A DNA stretch of 64,000 nt from an uncultured Muribaculaceae bacterium. GTDB lineage: Bacteria > Bacillota_I > Bacilli_A > RF39 > UBA660. The translations under genes and the position numbers were made by a program. The notes under the pieces are model-generated. The model was not told the origin of the DNA. It saw only the letters and a list, made by a program, of their open reading frames with translations, and made no database searches. Location of the stretch: NCBI GenBank assembly GCA_964407685.1, contig CAYOWI010000001.1:34169-98168 (forward strand). Direction: 5' to 3'. Of the stretch, positions 30,087 to 40,996 are shown piece by piece (the first letter of the stretch is position 1; each line of letters opens with the position of its first letter).

Positions 30087-31328
30087 ATGGAAAAAACATC
30101 AAAATTAAAGAATTATTTTTTATACTTGAATATTATTTCTTTAATATTAATATTAATTGCAGAGATATGTTTCTATACAATGAATAGCGCAATAATATAT
30201 AGAATAATGTCTTTTCTAGGTGTTATAATATCTTTTTTTGCTAATTTAAAAAAGAATAATTATAAGATTTCAAAATTTTCAATTTGGCTTACATTAATTT
30301 ATTTGATGTTTGTTATTTATGGAATGTTTTTTTTAAGAAAGGGATCATTTCAATTATATACAATAATATTTAGATATGTTGAAATTATTTCAATATATAA
30401 GTCGCTTAAATTCATTATTAGACAAAATCCAAAAAAAATATATATTCCATTCATAGTATCAGGTATTTTTTCTGCTATATATTTGTTTATAATGGAAGGA
30501 ATGAATTTTATTAATGGTAGTTCAAGAATTGGTGATACATTAAGTGGAAATGTTAATACTGTTGGTTTTAATATGGGAATTATTTCAGTTATAATTATGT
30601 GGTGGTATTGTAAAGAAAAGAAAATATATAAATTACTTTTATTTTTGTTATTTGCCTTTATTGTATTAGTTACTGGTTCTAAAAAAGCATTCATAATTCT
30701 TATATTTGATTTTATAATACTATTTTTGTGTTCTAAGAATAATATCAGTAAGCCAATTAAGTTATTGTTTGTTTCGTGTTTATTATTTTTTATTGTTTTT
30801 AATGTACCATATTTTTATAATATAATAGGTGTAAGATTGGAAAGTATGTTTGATGTGTTGATAGGTAATAATACATTATACTCGTATTCGACAGATGTAA
30901 GAGATATTATGATCAAAGAGGGATCTAACTTCTTTTTACAAAATCCAATATTTGGTGGTGGTTGGAATTATTTTTATTATAAAACATCTACTATTTATGA
31001 ATATTCTCATAATAATTATATTGAATTGCTGTGTAGTTTTGGAATTATAGGCTTTTTAATTTATTATTATAGATATTTTAAAAATTTATTTTTTACAATA
31101 AAAAGAATTAAGAATAAGAAAAATATAATTTATGATGAGGTAGTTGTGGCTTTTATACTAATTCTTATAGCATTAGCTATAGAGTACGGTGCAGTTATTT
31201 TTAGCGCACAATGTATTTGGTATTTACCTATAATTATTTCAACAGTGTTGATTGAAGATATTTCAAATAGAGAAAGGGATGGATTAAATGAGCAAATTAA
31301 AAACATTGATAAATATGTTGAAGCATGA
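30087..31328 (+). CDS. Wzy-type oligosaccharide repeat-unit polymerase / O-antigen-ligase-like membrane protein
   Basis: About 10-12 predicted TM helices with a large loop. Sits among glycosyltransferases. GGAGG ribosome-binding site. Confidence 0.55.
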   Translation: MEKTSKLKNYFLYLNIISLILILIAEICFYTMNSAIIYRIMSFLGVIISFFANLKKNNYKISKFSIWLTLIYLMFVIYGMFFLRKGSFQLYTIIFRYVEIISIYKSLKFIIRQNPKKIYIPFIVSGIFSAIYLFIMEGMNFINGSSRIGDTLSGNVNTVGFNMGIISVIIMWWYCKEKKIYKLLLFLLFAFIVLVTGSKKAFIILIFDFIILFLCSKNNISKPIKLLFVSCLLFFIVFNVPYFYNIIGVRLESMFDVLIGNNTLYSYSTDVRDIMIKEGSNFFLQNPIFGGGWNYFYYKTSTIYEYSHNNYIELLCSFGIIGFLIYYYRYFKNLFFTIKRIKNKKNIIYDEVVVAFILILIALAIEYGAVIFSAQCIWYLPIIISTVLIEDISNRERDGLNEQIKNIDKYVEA

Positions 31329-32232
31329 TAAGTCACAAATTAAAATAGCTTTATATAATAACATAGTGCATACAGGTATTACTAATTTTTTTAATGATGA
31401 AGCATATTTAAAGTTAACATATAAAATAAACTTTGGGAAGAGGTTAAACTTAGAAAATCCTACCTCATTTAATGAAAAATTACAGTGGCTAAAATTGTAT
31501 GATAAAAACGAAAAATATATAAATATGGTCGATAAAATTTTAGTTAAAAATTATGTGTCAGATAAATTAGGTAAGAATATAATAATTCCTACGCTAGGAA
31601 TATATGATAAATTTGAGGATATTGATTTTAAGTCTTTACCAAATAAATTTGTCATTAAGTGTAATCATGATTCTGGAAGTATAGTTATATGTAAAGATAA
31701 AAATAACTTTAATGTAAACAAAGCAAAAAAGATAATTACTAAAAAGTTAAAATATAAATCTTTTTATTGGGGAAGAGAATGGCCATATAAGAATGTAAAA
31801 CCAAAAATAATAATAGAAAAATATATGGAAGATAAAAAATATAGTACAATGCGAGATTATAAATTTTTTTGCTTTAATGGAGAACCAAAAATTATGTATA
31901 TTTCGGAGGGACTTGAAAATCATAATACTGCTTCTATGAGCTTTTTTGATATGGATTTTAAATTAATAAATTGTAAAAGAAAAGATTATAAACTATTAGA
32001 TTATACCCCAGAAAAACCTAAAACCTTTGAAAAAATGAAAGAGTTTGCAAGTATTTTATCAAAAGATATTCCACATGTAAGAGTTGATTTTTATGAAATT
32101 GATGGTAAATTATATTTTGGCGAATTAACATTTTTTACCTGTTCTGGCCTTATACCATTTGAATCTGAAGAATGGAATAAAATATTAGGCTCTTGGATAG
32201 ATTTAAGTTTGGTGGATAAAAATGAGAAGTAA
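31288..32232 (+). CDS. TupA-like ATP-grasp protein (amidoligase family seen in glycopolymer loci)
   Basis: NPTSFNEKLQWLKLYD and the overall ~310-aa pattern resemble the TupA-like ATP-grasp family (recalled, not searched). Confidence 0.5.
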   Translation: MSKLKTLINMLKHDKSQIKIALYNNIVHTGITNFFNDEAYLKLTYKINFGKRLNLENPTSFNEKLQWLKLYDKNEKYINMVDKILVKNYVSDKLGKNIIIPTLGIYDKFEDIDFKSLPNKFVIKCNHDSGSIVICKDKNNFNVNKAKKIITKKLKYKSFYWGREWPYKNVKPKIIIEKYMEDKKYSTMRDYKFFCFNGEPKIMYISEGLENHNTASMSFFDMDFKLINCKRKDYKLLDYTPEKPKTFEKMKEFASILSKDIPHVRVDFYEIDGKLYFGELTFFTCSGLIPFESEEWNKILGSWIDLSLVDKNEK

Positions 32233-33742
32233 AAAAGCTATTTATAACATTACAACTAATTTAATTTTACAGTTAGTTATAGTTGTTTATGGGTTTATAA
32301 TTCCTAAAATAATAATTCAATCTTTTGGATCTAGTGTGAATGGTTTGGTATCATCAATTACTCAGTTTTTAGCATATATAACTTTGCTTGAGTCTGGAGT
32401 AGGTCCTGTGGTAAAAGCAGCATTATATAAGCCAATAGCAAAAAAGGATAATAAAGGTATTTGTAATATACTTAAGTCATCTGAAAAGTTTTTTAAGACA
32501 ATATCTTATATTTTTATTGCATATTTAATAATACTTGCGATAGTGTACCCGCTATTAGTTACTAAAGAATTTGGATATTTATTTACATTTTCATTAGTAA
32601 TTATAATTTCAATTAGTACTTTTGCTGAGTATTATTTTGGAATGACATATAGGTTGTTTTTACAAGCAGATCAAAAAACATATGTTATTTCAATTATTCA
32701 AATTATTACTTATTTATTAAGTATTATTTCCATTGTTATGATGGCTAAATTTAATTTTTCTATTCATTTAATAAAATTAATAAGTGGATTAATTTTTGTT
32801 GGTAGACCATTATTCCAAAATATGTATGTTAAAAAAAAGTATAAGATTAATTTTAAAGATGCAGATAATAATTATAAGTTAAAACAAAAATGGGATGGTT
32901 TAGCTCAACATATAGCAGCGGTTATTCATAGTAATACAGATGTAACAATATTAACTATATTTTCTTCATTAGCAGAAGTTTCCGTATATACGATATACAT
33001 GCTTGTATTAAAAGGAATAAATTCTTTAATACAAGCGTTTACCGGCGGAATTGATGCTTCATTTGGGGATATGATTGCTAAAAATGAGCATGACAACCTT
33101 AATAAAAAATATAATATGTATGAGACGATATATTTAACTATTACTTCTATATTTTATATTTGTTCATTAGTATTAATAGTACCATTTATTAAAGTTTACA
33201 CAAAGGGAATTACTGATGCTAATTATATAAGACCTTTATTTGGATTTTTAATTACTATAAGCGAATTTATGTGGGCAATTAGATTGCCATATAGTTCTAT
33301 TACCTTAGCAGCAGGCCATTTTAAAGAAACTAGAAAGGGTGCTTGGATGGAAGCTATTATTAATATTGTAATATCAATTGTTTTAGTAAGTAAATATGGT
33401 ATAATTGGTGTTGCTATTGGAACGTTCATAGCCATGCTTATTAGGACAATAGAATTCGTATATCATACTAATAAATATATATTAAAAAGAAATATATTTA
33501 TTAGTGTAAAGAAAATTTTATTATGCGCTATAGAAACTACTTTAGTTTTATTTATAATCCACTTTATACCAAATATAAGTGGTGATACATATATTTCGTG
33601 GGGATTATATGCAATAATAGTATTTGCTATAACAGTGATTATTACATTAACTATTAATTCTATTTTATATAATAAAGATTTTAAACAATTACTAAATACG
33701 CTTAGTATATTTAGAAAGAAGGGTAATCATGCAAAAAATTAA
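32222..33742 (+). CDS. Wzx-type polysaccharide flippase (MOP superfamily)
   Basis: About 12-14 TM helices and polysaccharide-biosynthesis-protein-like organisation. Confidence 0.75.
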   Translation: MRSKKAIYNITTNLILQLVIVVYGFIIPKIIIQSFGSSVNGLVSSITQFLAYITLLESGVGPVVKAALYKPIAKKDNKGICNILKSSEKFFKTISYIFIAYLIILAIVYPLLVTKEFGYLFTFSLVIIISISTFAEYYFGMTYRLFLQADQKTYVISIIQIITYLLSIISIVMMAKFNFSIHLIKLISGLIFVGRPLFQNMYVKKKYKINFKDADNNYKLKQKWDGLAQHIAAVIHSNTDVTILTIFSSLAEVSVYTIYMLVLKGINSLIQAFTGGIDASFGDMIAKNEHDNLNKKYNMYETIYLTITSIFYICSLVLIVPFIKVYTKGITDANYIRPLFGFLITISEFMWAIRLPYSSITLAAGHFKETRKGAWMEAIINIVISIVLVSKYGIIGVAIGTFIAMLIRTIEFVYHTNKYILKRNIFISVKKILLCAIETTLVLFIIHFIPNISGDTYISWGLYAIIVFAITVIITLTINSILYNKDFKQLLNTLSIFRKKGNHAKN

Positions 33743-34778
33743 TTTAGAAGGTAAAACAATACTAGTAACAGGATCATCTGGATTTATAGGGGCTAATCTT
33801 TGTAAGAGATTACTTAATGAATTTAGTGATTGTAAAGTTATTGGATTAGATAATATGAATGATTATTATGATGTAAAAATAAAGGAATATAGATTAAATG
33901 AATTAAATACTTTTAGTAATTATACTTTTATAAAAGGTGATTTATCAGATAAATTTTTGGTAGATAGAATATTTAAAGAAAATAAACCTAGTGTTGTAGT
34001 TAATTTAGCAGCACAAGCTGGTGTTAGGTATTCTATTACTAATCCTGATGCTTATATAAGTTCTAATTTAATAGGTTTTTATAACATTTTGGAAGCTTGT
34101 CGTAATAATCCCGTTGAACATTTAGTATATGCTTCATCAAGTAGTGTCTATGGCTCTAATAAAAAAGTACCATATAGTACAGAAGATAAAGTAGATAATC
34201 CAGTTAGTTTATATGCTGCAACTAAAAAAAGTAATGAGTTAATGGCTCATGCTTATTCAAAATTATATAATATACCATCTACAGGTCTTAGATTCTTTAC
34301 TGTATATGGTCCTGCTGGAAGACCAGATATGGCTTATTTTGGTTTTACTAATAAGTTAATTAATGGTGAAAAGATAAAGATTTTTAACTATGGGAATTGT
34401 AAAAGAGACTTTACTTATATAGATGATATAGTAGAAGGAATAGTAAGAGTAATGCAAGGAGCTCCTGATAAAGTAACTGGAGAAGATGGACTTCCAATAC
34501 CACCATATAATGTATATAATATTGGAAATTCTAATCCAGAAAATTTACTTGATTTTGTAAATATACTACAAGAAGAATTAGTTAGTGTTGGTGTCTTACC
34601 TAAAGATTATGATTTTGAAGCTCATAAAGAATTAGTTGCTATGCAACCTGGTGATGTACCAGTAACTTTTGCTGATACTACTCCTTTAGAAAGAGATTAT
34701 GGTTTTAAGCCTAATACTTCGTTAAGAGATGGATTAAGATCGTTTGCAAAGTGGTATAAAGAATTTTATATGAATTAG
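33729..34778 (+). CDS. NAD-dependent UDP-glucuronate 4-epimerase (extended SDR; Cap1J/WbnF-like)
   Basis: TGSSGFIGANL, YASSSSVYG and YAATKKSNE (YxxxK) motifs. Confidence 0.8.
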   Translation: MQKINLEGKTILVTGSSGFIGANLCKRLLNEFSDCKVIGLDNMNDYYDVKIKEYRLNELNTFSNYTFIKGDLSDKFLVDRIFKENKPSVVVNLAAQAGVRYSITNPDAYISSNLIGFYNILEACRNNPVEHLVYASSSSVYGSNKKVPYSTEDKVDNPVSLYAATKKSNELMAHAYSKLYNIPSTGLRFFTVYGPAGRPDMAYFGFTNKLINGEKIKIFNYGNCKRDFTYIDDIVEGIVRVMQGAPDKVTGEDGLPIPPYNVYNIGNSNPENLLDFVNILQEELVSVGVLPKDYDFEAHKELVAMQPGDVPVTFADTTPLERDYGFKPNTSLRDGLRSFAKWYKEFYMN

Positions 34779-34800
34779 TGTCGATATTCGACACTTTTTT
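34778..34800 (+). terminator. Intrinsic terminator GTGTCGATATTCGACAC + T6
   Basis: Perfect 7-bp stem overlapping the epimerase stop codon, followed by a T-run. Confidence 0.7.
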
Positions 34801-34868
34801 AATTTTTCTTAATTGTTATATATCGCTTAATAGGTTATACGTTTAAATGAGGTAATGAAAAAAGGAAA
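34778..34868. repeat. Direct repeat copy A (terminator plus ~55 bp, including a remnant of a dinD 5' end)
   Basis: Aligns with 37943-38015 (cgacac-Tn-a[at]ttcttg-taatt[ga]ttatatatc[ga]cttaa[tg]aggt...tttaaatgagg). Confidence 0.55.
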
Positions 34869-34998
34869 AATAGAAAATAAAATATATAACTTAATTGTAT
34901 ATAAATTACTACTTAATAATATTAAACAAATAATAAGTTAAGTTTACTAACTGTAAGAATAATGCTATAATTATTTTGCAGTAAAAAAGGAGCGTATT

Positions 34999-36171
34999 AT
35001 GGAAAGTTTTAATGATAAGTTTAAGGAATTATATCATGTAAAAAATGAATTTGAAGCATTTTGTCCTTATAGGGTGTGTCCTGTAGGGGCTCATTCTGAT
35101 CATCAATATGGTCATGTTACTGGATTTGCAATAGATAAGGGTGTTCATGTTTTATATAATGTAAATGGTGATGATAAAGTATTTGTATCAAGCGCTAATT
35201 TTATCGGTACAGAAGAATTTAATATAAGTGAGTTAAAGGAAAAGAATGATTGCTGGGCTGATTATGTAATGGGAGCTTGTAAAGTCTTATATGATGAATA
35301 TAAAATAAAAAAAGGAATAACTGCTTTAATAGTAGGAACTATGCCAATAGGTGGTCTATCATCTTCTGCGGCAGTTATAATATCGTTTATGAAAGCTTTA
35401 TGCAAAGCCAATAATCTTTCTTTAACAAAAGAGCAAGTAATAAAACTGGCATTAAAGGTAGAAAATGATTTTATTGGAATAAGTGTTGGAACGCTAGATC
35501 AATCTTGTGAAATGTATTGTAAAAAGGATAATTTGTTATATTTAGATACTAAAGATGGAAGTTATGAATTAATACCACAAAGTAAAAATATGCCAGAGTA
35601 TGAAATATGTGTACTATTTAGTGGGGTTCAAAGAGCATTAGTGGGAAGTGCATTTAATATGCGTGTTGATGAATTAAAATCCGCGGCTTACGCTTTAATG
35701 GCTTTTTCTGATATGCCTTATGGAAAATTTAAAGATGCAAGATTAAGAGATGTTCCATACCAAGTTTATATGGAGCATAAAGATAAATTACCAACTAATT
35801 GGAGAAAAAGAGCTGAGCATTATTATACTGAAATGGATAGGGTAGAAAGAATGAAAGATGCATGGCAAAATGGTGATTTAAAGTTAGTTGGTCAGATAAT
35901 GTTTGAAAGTGGCGATAGTAGTATATACAATTATGAAACAGGTTCTGATGAATTAAAAACCTTAAGCGAAATATGTCATAATATAAAAGGGATTTATGGT
36001 GGTAGATTTAGTGGCGCAGGTTTTAAAGGTTGTTATGTTGCTATTATAGATCCTAAATATAAAGAGGATATAAAAAAACAGGCTACAGAAATGTATTTAA
36101 ATAAATATCCTCAGTATAAGGATAAATTTGAAGTTATCTTCTGTAAAACCGCAGATGGTTGTGAATTTTAA
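34999..36171 (+). CDS. GHMP-family sugar kinase, galactokinase-like
   Basis: Galactokinase-signature-like RVCPVGAHSDHQYG and GHMP motif PIGGLSSSAA. Confidence 0.7.
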   Translation: MESFNDKFKELYHVKNEFEAFCPYRVCPVGAHSDHQYGHVTGFAIDKGVHVLYNVNGDDKVFVSSANFIGTEEFNISELKEKNDCWADYVMGACKVLYDEYKIKKGITALIVGTMPIGGLSSSAAVIISFMKALCKANNLSLTKEQVIKLALKVENDFIGISVGTLDQSCEMYCKKDNLLYLDTKDGSYELIPQSKNMPEYEICVLFSGVQRALVGSAFNMRVDELKSAAYALMAFSDMPYGKFKDARLRDVPYQVYMEHKDKLPTNWRKRAEHYYTEMDRVERMKDAWQNGDLKLVGQIMFESGDSSIYNYETGSDELKTLSEICHNIKGIYGGRFSGAGFKGCYVAIIDPKYKEDIKKQATEMYLNKYPQYKDKFEVIFCKTADGCEF

Positions 36172-36207
36172 AAGAAAAAATATAGGATTTAGGAAAGGAT
36201 TTTAAAC

Positions 36208-37380
36208 ATGAAAATAGCAGTTGCAGGAACAGGATATGTAGGATTATCGTTAGCCACATTACTAAGTTTAGATAATGAAGTAGTAGCTCTTGATGTTATA
36301 CCTGACAAAGTTGAAAAAATAAATAATAGGATTAGTCCAATTAAAGATGAGTATATTGAAAAGTATTTCAAAGAAAAGAATTTAAATTTAAAGGCGACTT
36401 TAGATTATAAAGAAGCTTTTAAGGGTGCAAAATTCGTAATAATTAGTACACCAACTAATTATGATGATAAACTTAACTTTTTTGATACATCATCTGTTGA
36501 AGATATAATTACTAAAGTAAATGAAGTTTGTGATCCATCATTTACTACTATGGTTGTTAAATCAACAATCCCAGTTGGATTTATAGAAAGTATTAAGAAA
36601 AAATATAATATACAAAATATTTTATTTTCGCCTGAATTTTTAAGAGAAGGAAATGCATTGTATGATAATTTATATCCATCAAGAATAATTGTTGGAGAAA
36701 AAAGTAAACGTGCAGAGGAATTTGCAAATCTTCTTAAAGTATCTTGCAAGAAAAAAGATGTTGTTGTAAAGTTTATGAACTCTACAGAAGCTGAAGCAGT
36801 TAAATTATTTGCTAATACATATTTAGCTCTTAGGGTTTCATACTTTAATGAATTAGATACTTACGCTGAATTAAAAGGATTGAATACAAAAGATATTATT
36901 GATGGTGTTTGTTTAGATCCGAGAATAGGTACTCATTATAATAATCCATCTTTTGGATATGGAGGATATTGTTTGCCTAAGGATACAAAGCAATTGAAAG
37001 CTAATTATAAAGACGTTCCGGAAAATCTAATTAGTGCAATAGTCGCAAGTAATTCAACAAGAAAAGATCATATAGCAGAGGCAATTATTTTAAGGAATCC
37101 AAAAGTAGTAGGGATTTATAGACTTACCATGAAATCAGGTTCAGATAATTTTAGGGCTAGCGCTATTCAAGGTGTTATGAAGAGAATAAAGGCTAAAGGA
37201 ATTGAAGTGGTTATTTATGAACCAACTTTAGTTGATGATAACTTTTTCAATAGCAAAGTTATAAAAGATATTGATGAATTTAAAAACATTTGTGATGTAA
37301 TAATTGTAAATAGATATGATGAAGTATTAGATGATGTTAAACATAAGATATATACTAGAGATATATTTTTAAGAGATTAA
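36208..37380 (+). CDS. ugd: UDP-glucose 6-dehydrogenase
   Basis: [19 protein letters not shown] Rossmann motif and catalytic Cys region [10 protein letters not shown]. Confidence 0.9.
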   Translation: MKIAVAGTGYVGLSLATLLSLDNEVVALDVIPDKVEKINNRISPIKDEYIEKYFKEKNLNLKATLDYKEAFKGAKFVIISTPTNYDDKLNFFDTSSVEDIITKVNEVCDPSFTTMVVKSTIPVGFIESIKKKYNIQNILFSPEFLREGNALYDNLYPSRIIVGEKSKRAEEFANLLKVSCKKKDVVVKFMNSTEAEAVKLFANTYLALRVSYFNELDTYAELKGLNTKDIIDGVCLDPRIGTHYNNPSFGYGGYCLPKDTKQLKANYKDVPENLISAIVASNSTRKDHIAEAIILRNPKVVGIYRLTMKSGSDNFRASAIQGVMKRIKAKGIEVVIYEPTLVDDNFFNSKVIKDIDEFKNICDVIIVNRYDEVLDDVKHKIYTRDIFLRD

Positions 37381-37382
37381 TT

Positions 37383-37826
37383 ATGAAAAAAATAATTAAA
37401 TTAATATTAGTTATATTATGGATGGCTCTTATATTTATATTTTCTAATCAAAAAGCTGATGACTCAAGTAAATTAAGTGATGGATTAATAATTAAAGTAG
37501 CAAATGTATTTGTTGAAAATGATTTATCCACAGCAAAAAAAGAAGAAGTATTAGATAGATATACAACTATTGTTAGAAAAACAGCGCATTTTACTATATA
37601 TTTAATACTTGGTATATTAGTTATTAATTTGCTTATGGAATATAACATTAAACATATTATAATAATATCTTTAATAATATGTTTCTTATATAGTGCATCT
37701 GATGAATTTCATCAATTATTTGTTGATGGAAGAAGTGGCGAAGTAAGAGACGTATTAATAGATGCTACTGGATCATTAGTTGGTATATATGGTTATTATT
37801 TAATAAAAAGAAAATGTAAAAGTTGA
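37383..37826 (+). CDS. VanZ-family membrane protein
   Basis: Four TM helices, HFTIYLILG motif. Confidence 0.6.
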   Translation: MKKIIKLILVILWMALIFIFSNQKADDSSKLSDGLIIKVANVFVENDLSTAKKEEVLDRYTTIVRKTAHFTIYLILGILVINLLMEYNIKHIIIISLIICFLYSASDEFHQLFVDGRSGEVRDVLIDATGSLVGIYGYYLIKRKCKS

Positions 37827-37942
37827 AATATGTAAAAATTTATCATATTATAATAGTTAAAATATTACAAAAGGAATTAATCATTAATTAAGTGAAGGAT
37901 TAAGTCTATTTGAAAAATAGTATAAAGAGTTTTATATGAGAA

Positions 37943-37967
37943 AGTGTCGAATGTCGACACTTTTTTT
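37943..37967 (+). terminator. Intrinsic terminator AGTGTCGAATGTCGACACT + T7 (sequence-related to the 34778 terminator)
   Basis: Hairpin followed by a T-run. Forms part of direct repeat copy B (37943-38015). Confidence 0.7.
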
Positions 37968-38000
37968 ATATTCTTGTAATTATTATATATCACTTAAGAG

Positions 38001-38850
38001 GTGATGCATTTGAATGAAATAGAATTATGCAAAGAAAAATTATTTGAGGATATTAAACATATTGATAAAAATGGAAATGAATATTGGGAAGCAAGAGAAT
38101 TGCGAATTGTTTTGGATTATAAAGAATGGCGAAAGTTTGATGGTGTTATTAATAAAGCAAAAAATGCTTGCATTAATAGTAATATTAATGAAATAGATCA
38201 TTTTGTCGACGCCGACAAAACGATAAAAATGCCTAAAGGGGCTTCAAAATTAATTAATGATTATAAGTTGTCTAGATATGCTTGCTACCTGATTGCTCAA
38301 AATGGTGATAGTAGGAAAAAGGTTATTGCGCTTGCACAGACATATTTTGCGGTTCAAACTAGAAAATAAGAATTAGCGGAATTAGAATATGAGAATTTAA
38401 CCGAGGATGAAAAAAGGTTTTATCAAAGAAATTTAACTAGAAAAGGGAATTTTTCATTAAATCAAGCAGCAAAAAATGTAGGTGTTAAAAACTTTGATAG
38501 ATTTCATAATTATGGTTATAAAGGGCTTTATAATGGAGAAACCGCGAATGATATAGCTAAAAGAAAAAATTTAAGATATAGAGAAGACATTTTAGATAAT
38601 ATGGGAAGTGAAGAATTAGCGGCTAACCTTTTTCGTATTACTCAAACTGAGTCTAGGCTAAAGAAAGATAATATTAAGGGAGAAAACAATGCAAATCAAA
38701 CGCACTATAATATTGGAAAAAAATATTAGAGAAGTTATAAAAAAGAATGGTGGAATAATGCCAGAAGATTTACATACGCCTAAAAAGAGTTTAAAACAAA
38801 TAGAAAAAGAAAATAAAAAAGAACTTATAAATATTGATAAATATCTGTAA
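38001..38850 (+). pseudogene. dinD: DNA-damage-inducible protein D (DinD) homologue disrupted by an in-frame TAA and a frameshift in an A-run
   Basis: Collinear similarity to E. coli DinD from memory (EYWEARELR...DHFVD...LSRYACYLIAQNGD...QTYFAVQTRK | ELAELEYENL...HNYGYKGLYNG...SEELAANLFRITQTE). TAA at 38367 where DinD has Q. The frame shifts near 38720 within GGAAAAAAATAT. Confidence 0.7.
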
Positions 38851-38944
38851 AGAGGTATAAATTTTTTGTGTTCAAGTTGAAATTTACTTATAACTCTTTT
38901 CGTGCTATAATTATAATACTCTGATTTTATACTAGGAGGGTATT

Positions 38945-40996
38945 ATGAAAAAAGTCAAAGATAAAATTATAAATTTATTTGTTACTATAAAAAAAAGATT
39001 AAAAGAAATAAGTTTTGTTTTATATGTTAAAACGAACATATTATTTATTACCTTTGTTGTTATTAATCTACTTAATTCTTGGTTGCTAAGAATAGTAACT
39101 ATGGGTAATTATTTTAGTTTAAAGGCAATGATATCTGATCTAGCATTTATTTTAATCATTGGATCTTTTGCGTATTTAGTAAAACCGAAAAAGCAATTTA
39201 AAATTTTGATGCCACTTACCGTAATTATGTTTTTAATTTGCATTATAAACGCAATATATTATGAAAATTATGTTTCGTTTGCATCTTTTTCGTTATTATC
39301 AACGGCATCATTTTTAGGTGAAATGGATGGTTCAATAGTAACTGGATTAATAAAGTTTAAAGACTTATTGTTAATTTTTCCACTTATTGTTTTACCACTT
39401 GTACATGTTTATTTGAAAAAGAAAAAGTACTATGAAAAAGTTGAAAAAATAGAAAGAGGTAAAAAGAGGTTTTTAAATACTATTATTTTAGGAGCTTTAA
39501 CCATTTTTATAACGATTTCTCTTATGAAATCATCGGATTATAGTAGGCTTAAGAAACAGTGGAACAGAGAGTATTTAGTTGAAAGGTTTGGTATATATGT
39601 ATACCAGTTAAACGATGCCATAAAAAGTACTGAATCAAAGTTCACTAGTCTTTTCGGTTATGATAATGCTTCTAAAACAGCAAGGGAGTTTTATGAAGAA
39701 AAAAAGATAAATGATCCCGTTTTGAAAAATGAATATTCAAATGTTTTAGAGGGTAAGAATATCATTGTTATTCATGCTGAAAGTATAATGACACATGATA
39801 TGACGTTATCATTTAACAATGAGGAATTAACACCTAACTTAAATAGACTAGCAAGTGAGGGACTATTTTTCTCTAATTATTATCCACAAGTTAGCGTAGG
39901 TACCTCAAGTGATACAGAGTTTACCTTTAACACATCACTTCTTCCAGCTTCAACTGGTACGGTATTTGTTAATTATTGGGATAGAACGTACGAGTCAATG
40001 CCTAATATTTTAAGACAAAAAGGTTATTATACCGCTAGCATGCACGCTAATAATGCTTCTTTTTGGAACAGGAACGTAATGCATAAGACACTAGGGTATG
40101 ACAAATTCTATGCAAAAAGTAGCTTTGATTATTCTGATGATAGTAAAATACTAGGTATGGGACTTTCTGACAAAGAGTTCTTTAAACAGTCCATAGAAAA
40201 AATTAAAAATATTAAAAGCGAAAATCAAAATTATTATATAACAATGATTACCTTAACAAACCATACGCCTTGGGACGAGAAAGAAAAATACGGAGATTAT
40301 ACCGTGGATCATAAAACTACCATAACCGATGAAGCGGGTAATGTAACATCTGTTACTTATCCTTATATGGAAGGAAGGGAGTTAGGTGATTATTTCAAAG
40401 CCGTTCATTATGCTGATTCGGCAATTGGTGAGTTTATTAGCCAGTTAGATAATGAAGGACTGCTTGATAATACCGCCATTGTTATATATGGTGATCATGA
40501 TGCAAAAATATCTAAAAGTGAATATCGTTATTTTTATAACTATGATCTAGAAACTGGAGAAGTATATGATAAAGATGATGAAAGATACGTTGATGTTGAT
40601 TATTATAACTATGAATTAAATAGAAAAGTTCCGTTTATAATATGGACTAAAAATAGCAAGGGAAATAAGCTTTTAAATAAAAAAATTGATACGGTTATGG
40701 GAATGTATGATGCAATGCCAACACTTGCTAACATGCTTAATTTCGATTATGAGTATGCTTTAGGGCATGATATATTTAGTATGAATCAGAACATTGTAGT
40801 ATTTCCTAATGGTAACTGGGTAACGGATAAGATGTATTATAATGCGCAAAAAGAAGAGTATTTATTACTTAAAGATAGCGTTGTAAACGAAGATGAAATA
40901 GAAAATAATAAATCATACGCGAACAAACTATTAGAGGTTTCGGATTCAATAATAGTGTATGATTTGGAAGAAGGGCAGAAAAATGAAAAAGAGTAA
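38945..40996 (+). CDS. LTA synthase family protein (LtaS-like phosphoglycerol transferase; sulfatase fold)
   Basis: Five TM helices, then an extracellular sulfatase-like domain (ITMITLTNHTPWDE, VIYGDHD). Confidence 0.8.
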   Translation: MKKVKDKIINLFVTIKKRLKEISFVLYVKTNILFITFVVINLLNSWLLRIVTMGNYFSLKAMISDLAFILIIGSFAYLVKPKKQFKILMPLTVIMFLICIINAIYYENYVSFASFSLLSTASFLGEMDGSIVTGLIKFKDLLLIFPLIVLPLVHVYLKKKKYYEKVEKIERGKKRFLNTIILGALTIFITISLMKSSDYSRLKKQWNREYLVERFGIYVYQLNDAIKSTESKFTSLFGYDNASKTAREFYEEKKINDPVLKNEYSNVLEGKNIIVIHAESIMTHDMTLSFNNEELTPNLNRLASEGLFFSNYYPQVSVGTSSDTEFTFNTSLLPASTGTVFVNYWDRTYESMPNILRQKGYYTASMHANNASFWNRNVMHKTLGYDKFYAKSSFDYSDDSKILGMGLSDKEFFKQSIEKIKNIKSENQNYYITMITLTNHTPWDEKEKYGDYTVDHKTTITDEAGNVTSVTYPYMEGRELGDYFKAVHYADSAIGEFISQLDNEGLLDNTAIVIYGDHDAKISKSEYRYFYNYDLETGEVYDKDDERYVDVDYYNYELNRKVPFIIWTKNSKGNKLLNKKIDTVMGMYDAMPTLANMLNFDYEYALGHDIFSMNQNIVVFPNGNWVTDKMYYNAQKEEYLLLKDSVVNEDEIENNKSYANKLLEVSDSIIVYDLEEGQKNEKE

